Of a DNA stretch of 64,000 nt, positions 57,958 to 64,000 are shown piece by piece. The position numbers were made by a program, and so were the translations under genes. Position 1 is the first letter of the stretch; every line of letters starts with the position of its first letter. The notes beneath the pieces were generated by a model that saw only the letters and a program-made list of their open reading frames with translations, made no database searches and was not told where the DNA came from. Source of the DNA: Verrucomicrobiales bacterium (GTDB taxonomy: Bacteria; Verrucomicrobiota; Verrucomicrobiia; Verrucomicrobiales; SLCJ01). The stretch covers positions 1 to 64,000 of the forward strand of contig JBJTQJ010000031.1 of the NCBI GenBank assembly GCA_046075565.1, read 5' to 3'.

Positions 57958-60390
57958 TTAAGGCAGATAACGGAACTCGTGGCTGTTGAGCAAAGCCCAG
58001 CGCAGGTCGGCCATACCATCTTCCCGGTTGTTCGCCAGCAATGCCAAGGCTTCGGCTTTTTCTTCCGCACTGGGCAGGCGGGTCAGGATTTCCTGATAGG
58101 CCCAGTCGATGGCCTTGTCGGGATCCTTTTGCAGGATGGCGTGGAGCGGTTCGAGCGGGCCGACCCGCGAGGCTTCATGGGTCATGCGGCCATTGAGCAT
58201 CATGAGCTGCTGGCGCAGCGATGGGGACGCGTCGCGGAATTCCCCGAGGGCCGCGCGTTCCGGTTGGCCGAACACGCGCAGGAAGTGGGCCGGCGGAGCC
58301 GGAGTGGCCATGTGCATTGCGCTGTCGAACCGCGGATTGTCATCCACGGTCTCCACGACGGTCTTGGTTTCGAATTTCGTCGAGTTACCCGCGTTTTGCC
58401 TTTGCATGGCCAACATGCGTTCGGCTTCGATTTGTTGATCGGACATGGCGCGCATGGACTCAAGTTCCGATCGTTCTTCTTTGGTCAGAATGGCATTAAA
58501 ATCCAGTTTCAGGGTGGATTCGAGATCGTAGCCATCATCGCGCATCGGCGGTGCCGCCGGGGCTTCCGCCATTGCCGGTTCCTTGGCGGGAGTTGTTTGC
58601 CCTTTGATGGGAACGCGCACCTCACGCGTGACTTGTTTGGCGTTGGCTCCCGCCGGCCATTTGTGGTCGCTGAGGTGACCGGCCACGATCACGCTGTCGA
58701 AGAGGACCTCGCCAATCATCCGCCGGGTGGGAGCGGCGGAGAAGTTTTTCTCGCTCTCCTCGCGAACTAACACCGGCGTCGAAGCGGGCAGGGCCGTGCG
58801 GCGGTAGGCATCGGACAAAGTGATGATGCGGATGAGATGACGGAAATCATAACCACTGGCCACGAATTCGCGGGAGAGGAAATCCAAGGCCGTCGGGTTG
58901 CGCGGAAGATTGTAGTCGGAAAAATTATCGAGTGACTCGACAAACCCGCGCCCGATGAGTTCCGCCCACACGCGGTTGACAAATGCCTTGGCGAAATAGT
59001 CGTTGCGCGGATCAGTGATCAGGCTGGCCAGTTGGTCGCGCAATTCGCTGGTCCGGTAGAGGTCGCGATGCACGTCGAGCGCCCGGCTTTCGCGTTGCGC
59101 TTCTTCGAGCACGACATCGCGCGGTTTTCCGGGAGCGGGTTGGACGCCATCAAGCAAGGCATCGAGTTCGGCGTTTTCTTTTCCGGAGGACGCGGACTTG
59201 CTCTTTTCCTCGCGTGCTTTCAGGAATCGCACGAGATGGGCGGGTGGTGTCTCCGGTTCGTCGAAGCGGATGGGGAACCGCGGTTTGACCGGACTGCGGG
59301 TCCCGCCATTGGCTTTGTCTTCGGGTGGCCAGAGCACGGTCATTTCCTGACCCTCGGTGGTGTAAACCATACCCTGCTGCCGCCCCTGCACCTTGCGGGT
59401 CTTGCCGAAAAATGCGGCGAACTCATAAAAGTCCCGCTGTTTCCAATCATCGAATGGATGGTCATGGCACATCGCACAGCCGATTTGGACACCCATAAAG
59501 ACCTGCGCCGATGAAGCGGCCAGTTCCATCGGGTTCACATCGTCACCGAGGATGAAGCCGACCGCCGGATTCGCATTGGCCCGGCCCGACGCGCTGATCA
59601 ATTCGCGCACCATTACATCATAGGGCTTTTCCTTTTCAATCGATCCGTGCACGTAGGCGAGCAGTTGGTTTCCACCAGTGACATTCGAGCGTATCCGCAG
59701 CGTATCCGCCATAAAGACCGTCCATCGATCGGAGAATCGCGGATGGGCGAGGAGTTGGTCGATGAGTTTTTCGCGTTGGTTGCCATCCATGCCTTTGAAA
59801 GCTTTCAACTCGTCCATGGTCGGGATGCGTCCGATCAGATCGATGGTGGTCCGGCGGAGAAAGGCGGAGTCGCTGATCGTCCGGGTGGTGATCAACTCTT
59901 TCCCGGCGTTTTCGCGTTTGAGGATGTCGTCCAGGATGGCGGCGGCTTCGGCGGCGGATGCGGGCGGTTTTGCAGGAATGGAGACCCGTTTGGGCGGTTC
60001 GGGTTTGCGCTCGGTCAGGATCACTCCGGATGGCCAATAGGCGCCGGCGCGCACCCACTCTTCGAGCAGTTTCACTTCGGCTGGCTCTAAGGCTTTCCCT
60101 TCGTCAGGCATGACGCCTTGGTCGATGGGGCGGAGAAGGACACGGACCAGCATCTCGCTTTCTTCGGGTTTGCCGGGGACAAGGGCCTCGGCGGTGTCGC
60201 CGCCCTCGAGCACTGCCGCATGGGTGTCCATGCGCAAGCCACCCTTGCTTTGCTCCGCATTGTGGCAACGAACACAATTCTGTTCGAGGATCGGCTGGAC
60301 CAGCGTCACGAAGTCCGGCCCGGTGGCACGCGCAAAAAACGGACTGGCTAGGACCACGCAGGCCCCGATGGCTGGTATATGGGTGCGCAC
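57958..60390 (-). CDS. Planctomycete cytochrome c plus DUF1549 plus DUF1553 protein
   Basis: VQPILEQNCVRCH...KGGLRMD...MP...WVRAGA (PSCyt1); FLRRTTIDLIGRIPT, CAMCHDHPFDDW (DUF1549); FVNRVWAELIGRG, WALLNSHEF (DUF1553). Confidence 0.93.
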   Translation of the reverse strand: MRTHIPAIGACVVLASPFFARATGPDFVTLVQPILEQNCVRCHNAEQSKGGLRMDTHAAVLEGGDTAEALVPGKPEESEMLVRVLLRPIDQGVMPDEGKALEPAEVKLLEEWVRAGAYWPSGVILTERKPEPPKRVSIPAKPPASAAEAAAILDDILKRENAGKELITTRTISDSAFLRRTTIDLIGRIPTMDELKAFKGMDGNQREKLIDQLLAHPRFSDRWTVFMADTLRIRSNVTGGNQLLAYVHGSIEKEKPYDVMVRELISASGRANANPAVGFILGDDVNPMELAASSAQVFMGVQIGCAMCHDHPFDDWKQRDFYEFAAFFGKTRKVQGRQQGMVYTTEGQEMTVLWPPEDKANGGTRSPVKPRFPIRFDEPETPPAHLVRFLKAREEKSKSASSGKENAELDALLDGVQPAPGKPRDVVLEEAQRESRALDVHRDLYRTSELRDQLASLITDPRNDYFAKAFVNRVWAELIGRGFVESLDNFSDYNLPRNPTALDFLSREFVASGYDFRHLIRIITLSDAYRRTALPASTPVLVREESEKNFSAAPTRRMIGEVLFDSVIVAGHLSDHKWPAGANAKQVTREVRVPIKGQTTPAKEPAMAEAPAAPPMRDDGYDLESTLKLDFNAILTKEERSELESMRAMSDQQIEAERMLAMQRQNAGNSTKFETKTVVETVDDNPRFDSAMHMATPAPPAHFLRVFGQPERAALGEFRDASPSLRQQLMMLNGRMTHEASRVGPLEPLHAILQKDPDKAIDWAYQEILTRLPSAEEKAEALALLANNREDGMADLRWALLNSHEFRYLP

Positions 60391-60591
60391 GGGGGAATTT
60401 AATTAAACCCATTTAATGACATGACGGGGTGGATTGGTCAAGATTATTTCACGGCAATCACACCAATGTTTTGACTGTCCCCCGTCGCCGGCAAAATTCC
60501 CGCCTGAGACCACCCCATTTCTTCAGTTTTCCGACCCCCTGCTTTTGGGGTGGAAGTTTCGGGGGTCGCGGGCTAAGCTTCCCCCAAGACC

Positions 60592-61425
60592 ATGTCCATT
60601 TTCAAAAAACCTCCCGTTCCGACGGGATTGCAACGCCGCTCCGACCTGCCCGAAGGTCTCTGGCACAAGTGCCCGTCCTGTGGAGAGGTCATCCATGAGC
60701 TGGAATTGCGGCAGGAACTCCACGTCTGCCGTCATTGTGGCCAACATTTCCTCATGCCCTCAGACGAGCGGGCATTCAGCCTCGCCGACGCCGGAACTTG
60801 GGAAGAAATCGACGCCGGTTTGGTTTCCCAAAACCCGCTCGGATTCCACCAGTATGAGGACAAAGTGGCACGGGCCCGCCTGGCCAGCGGCATGAATGAC
60901 GCCATCCGCACTGGGCGGTGCCGCCTCGACGGGCGACCGGCCGTGCTCGGAATCATGGATTTCCGCTTCTTCGCCGGCTCGATGGGTTCGGTCGTCGGGG
61001 AAAAAATCACCCGAGCTGTCGAGATGGCGACGCGGGAAAAATGTCCGGTCATTCTTTTCAGTGCCTCGGGTGGAGCCCGTATGCAAGAGGGCATGTTCTC
61101 GCTCATGCAGATGGCCAAGACCTCGGGGGCGCTGGCCCGCCACCACCAAGCCGGTCAACTCTTCATTTCCGTGCTCACCCATCCGACCACCGGAGGGGTC
61201 ACGGCCTCCTTCGCGACCCTCGGGGATGTGATCCTCGCCGAACCGCATTGTATGATCGGCTTTGCCGGTCCGCGGGTGGTGAAAGAAACAACCCACCAGA
61301 ATCTTCCCGAAGGATTCCAGACCGCCGAGTTCATGCTCCAGCACGGACTCGTTGATCGAATCGTGCAACGCCGCGACATGCGCGCCGAACTCAGCCGCCT
61401 CGTCGCGCTCACCGCGCGGGCGTGA
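60592..61425 (+). CDS. accD: Acetyl-CoA carboxylase carboxyltransferase beta subunit
   Basis: LWHKCPSC...CRHC zinc finger, GSMGSVVGEKI, SGGARMQEG, PTTGGVTASFA. Confidence 0.97.
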   Translation: MSIFKKPPVPTGLQRRSDLPEGLWHKCPSCGEVIHELELRQELHVCRHCGQHFLMPSDERAFSLADAGTWEEIDAGLVSQNPLGFHQYEDKVARARLASGMNDAIRTGRCRLDGRPAVLGIMDFRFFAGSMGSVVGEKITRAVEMATREKCPVILFSASGGARMQEGMFSLMQMAKTSGALARHHQAGQLFISVLTHPTTGGVTASFATLGDVILAEPHCMIGFAGPRVVKETTHQNLPEGFQTAEFMLQHGLVDRIVQRRDMRAELSRLVALTARA

Positions 61426-61450
61426 ACCGCGCATCCGGCGCGCGCCTGAA

Positions 61451-62674
61451 ATGGAACCGACCACTCCACTCGATTGGTTGTATTCGACCCAATGGTTCGG
61501 GGTGAAACTCGGCCTCGGAAACATGGAGCGTTTGCTCCGCGAGGGATTGGCTAATCCAGCGCCCGGCGTGAAGGTCCTGCATGTCGCCGGCACGAATGGC
61601 AAGGGTTCGGTCTGCGCCATCGCCGATAGCGTGGCCCGCGCCCTCGGCATCAAGACCGGGCTCTTCACCTCGCCGCATCTGGTGGACTTCCGCGAGCGCA
61701 TCCGCGTGAGCGGGGAAATGATCCCCGCGGAAGAACTCGACCGCGAGCTGACTGAATTGCGGGAACTCGTTTCCTCCTGGGACCCGCATCCCACCTTCTT
61801 CGAACTCTCGCTTGCTGTTGCGTTGCGCTGGTTCAAAGCCCGCGGCTGCGAGCTGCTCGTTTTGGAAACCGGCATGGGCGGACGGCTCGATGCCACCAAC
61901 GCCGTGCCCTCGGATGTTTCGGTGATCACACCCATCGGCATGGATCACTGCGAATGGCTCGGGGACACGCTTGGAAAAATCGCGGTGGAAAAAGCCGGCA
62001 TCTTCAAACCGGGTGTGCCAGTCTTTTCTTCGGCCCAGGAACCGGATGCGAAACGTGTGCTGCTCGAACAGGCGAACATGGTTCGCTGCCCGATCCGCTT
62101 CATCGAAGAGCCGCTCGTCGGTTATCCGCTTGCGTTGGCCGGCAGCCACCAGCGCCACAACGCCGCCCTCGCCACCGAGGCTTTGTTTTGCCTCGGGTAT
62201 CCATTGAATGTCGAATCGGTATCGTTTGGACTTTCCCATGTGAGCTGGCCGGGGCGCTTCGATCGTCGACCGGAACACCGCATGGTGCTTGATGGCGCCC
62301 ACAATCCCCAGGGAGCCGCTCTGCTCGCCCGCGTCTGGCGGGAGTGGTTTCCCCGCGAGAATGCGACCCTTGTCTTCAGCGCTCTCTCCGACAAAGACCC
62401 GGTTGCCCTGTTGGGGGAACTCCGCCCCATCGCGGACCACATCGTCGTTTGCCCGGTCAATTCGCCCCGCGCCCGGACCGCTGATGACCTCGCCCAGGCC
62501 GCTCGTCTGGCGGGCTTCGCGGAAAAGGAAATCACCACCGCCCACGATATCCCTGCCGCCCTCGCCGCCGCCCGCACCATGGAAAACACCATTCTCGTCG
62601 CCGGCTCGCTCTACCTCATCGGGCAAGCGCTCGCGGAAATCGAGAAGTCCCCGTATCGCCCGACCGCGCAGTGA
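61451..62674 (+). CDS. folC: Folylpolyglutamate/dihydrofolate synthase
   Basis: HVAGTNGKGS, TSPHL..FRERI, ETGMGGRLDATN, EKAGI, WPGRF, DGAHNP. Confidence 0.96.
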   Translation: MEPTTPLDWLYSTQWFGVKLGLGNMERLLREGLANPAPGVKVLHVAGTNGKGSVCAIADSVARALGIKTGLFTSPHLVDFRERIRVSGEMIPAEELDRELTELRELVSSWDPHPTFFELSLAVALRWFKARGCELLVLETGMGGRLDATNAVPSDVSVITPIGMDHCEWLGDTLGKIAVEKAGIFKPGVPVFSSAQEPDAKRVLLEQANMVRCPIRFIEEPLVGYPLALAGSHQRHNAALATEALFCLGYPLNVESVSFGLSHVSWPGRFDRRPEHRMVLDGAHNPQGAALLARVWREWFPRENATLVFSALSDKDPVALLGELRPIADHIVVCPVNSPRARTADDLAQAARLAGFAEKEITTAHDIPAALAAARTMENTILVAGSLYLIGQALAEIEKSPYRPTAQ

Positions 62675-62722
62675 GTAAGTGCCAGGTTTTGACAGAAATC
62701 CTGCTTATGGAAGATTTCTATC

Positions 62723-62992
62723 GTGCAAATCACCCTCAGAATTCGCGATGACCTTTACCGTGCAGCCAATGCGGAAGCGGCTCGGGAGGGCATCAGTTTG
62801 GCTTCCTTTTTGGAATCGGCAATCCGGATGCGCCTGCGGAAACCGGATCACAGGAATACCGGGAAGCCCCACGCGTTTCTCATTTACACCCCCGATCAAC
62901 CCCTGACATTGTCCAACGAGGGAATCAAACGGGCCGCGGAGGAAGAGGGATTCCGATATGACCTGCGGAAACTCGGGGGAGAAACACCATGA
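62723..62992 (+). CDS. Ribbon-helix-helix antitoxin-like protein (VapB/CopG-like)
   Basis: MQITLRIRDDLYRAANAEAAREGISLASFLESAIR strand-helix-helix pattern. Confidence 0.7.
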   Translation: MQITLRIRDDLYRAANAEAAREGISLASFLESAIRMRLRKPDHRNTGKPHAFLIYTPDQPLTLSNEGIKRAAEEEGFRYDLRKLGGETP

Positions 62993-63055
62993 GTCGTTCA
63001 CCTCGACACGGGCTTTTCCCGTTTCGAGGGTGTCTCCTTGAATGTGCCCGCGTGA
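62989..63055 (+). pseudogene. Deletion remnant of a VapC/PIN toxin
   Basis: ATG coupled to the antitoxin stop (ATGA, GGAG RBS), then out-of-frame HLDTGFSRFEGVSLNVPA*, resembling a PIN C-terminal D-x-x-F-x-R-F-x-G motif. Confidence 0.55.
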
Positions 63056-63137
63056 TGCGTATCCACGGCCTTTGATCACCGGCCATCACCCGGGCTTGCG
63101 GCGGGGCGGAAATTCGCGATGGTGAACGTTGATTCCA

Positions 63138-63911
63138 ATGACGCGGTTTCGTCCATGCATCGACCTGCACGAAGGGCAGGTCAAACAAATTGTCGGCGGC
63201 ACCTTGACTGCCGACGGGGCGGGCACGCATGTAAACCACGCCAGCGATCGTCCCGCATCGTGGTTCGCGAACCGTTACCGCGAGGATGGCCTGACCGGCG
63301 GACACGTAATTTTGTTAGGACCTGGCAACGAGACCGCCGCGCGCGAGGCCTTGGCGGCTTGGCCGGGAGGATTGCAGGTCGGTGGCGGAATCCGGCCCGG
63401 TGGAGCGGCCCGTTGGATCGAAGCTGGAGCCAGCCATGTTATCCTCACCAGCGCTCTCTTTGACGGGGATGGGAATTTCCAAAACGAAATCCTCGATGCC
63501 CTCATCGCCGAAGTGGGCAAAGAGCATCTTGTCATCGACCTGAGTTGCCGCCGCGATGAAACCGGTTGGGTGGTGGCGATGGACCAATGGCGCAAACGCA
63601 CCCGCCTGCGGGTCGATGCCCCGACCTTGGCGCGCCTGGCTGATCGCTGCTCCGAATTTTTGATCCACGCGGCGGATGTCGAAGGGCTTTGCCGCGGTAT
63701 CGACGAGGATCTCGTGCGTTTGCTTGGCGAACACGCGGTCATTCCCGCCACCTATGCCGGTGGCGCGCGCGGCGTCGAGGACCTGCATCGGGTCGCGGAA
63801 CTCAGTGGCAACCGTATCGATCTCACCATCGGCAGCGCCCTCGATATCTTTGGCGGCACGGGCGCGCGATACGAGGATTGTGTCGCTTTCAACCGGCGTC
63901 CACTTGCATGA
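63138..63911 (+). CDS. hisA: ProFAR isomerase, eukaryote-type (His6-like)
   Basis: MTRFRPCIDLHEGQVKQIVGGTL, GGHVILLG, LQVGGGI, IDLSCR, EFLIHAADVEG, DLTIGSALDIFGG. Confidence 0.95.
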   Translation: MTRFRPCIDLHEGQVKQIVGGTLTADGAGTHVNHASDRPASWFANRYREDGLTGGHVILLGPGNETAAREALAAWPGGLQVGGGIRPGGAARWIEAGASHVILTSALFDGDGNFQNEILDALIAEVGKEHLVIDLSCRRDETGWVVAMDQWRKRTRLRVDAPTLARLADRCSEFLIHAADVEGLCRGIDEDLVRLLGEHAVIPATYAGGARGVEDLHRVAELSGNRIDLTIGSALDIFGGTGARYEDCVAFNRRPLA

Positions 63912-64000
63912 GCGACCCCGTCGTCATCGCGCTGGCGCTGGCGGCGGCCCTCGTATTCGCGGGCATCATCGCCACCGTGCGATCCTCCCGTCGGCAATCG
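63908..64000 (+). CDS. 5' end of a membrane-anchored protein (partial)
   Basis: ATGA overlap with hisA; MSDPVVIALALAAALVFAGIIATVRSSRRQS. Confidence 0.55.
   Translation, partial: MSDPVVIALALAAALVFAGIIATVRSSRRQS

Noticed and set aside
60395-60445. Sigma-70 promoter for the envelope operon (minus-strand TTGACC)
   Set aside because: No convincing -10 hexamer at 16-18 nt spacing; AT-rich but not assignable

Overview
GC-rich bacterial chromosomal window. It is most likely from a PVC-superphylum organism of the Verrucomicrobiales type, inferred from the DUF1549/DUF1553/DUF1501 proteins, mcsA-mcsB-clpC without ctsR and a eukaryote-type HisA. Much of it is housekeeping: photolyase, PTS EIIA/EI, pyrH, pyrC, mutL, ilvE, mcsAB-clpC, cls, miaA, thiD, accD, folC and hisA. 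It also holds two carbohydrate-type catabolic modules, two tiny deletion scars (an alcohol dehydrogenase and a VapC toxin) and a hairpin-rich, lower-GC junction at about 40.6-42.4 kb. The standout is an 18-kb, ten-gene, mostly translationally coupled minus-strand operon (42496-60390). It joins a dihaem PSCyt/DUF1549/DUF1553 protein and a Tat-type DUF1501 protein to three exported TPR scaffolds (one of 2353 aa with acidic Ig-like repeats), an ExbB plus two-ExbD proton motor, a single-pass linker protein and a membrane DUF4159 protein. No TonB or TonB-dependent receptor is present, so this is a candidate uncharacterised PMF-driven envelope machine. All family calls come from motif recognition by eye; no searches were run.
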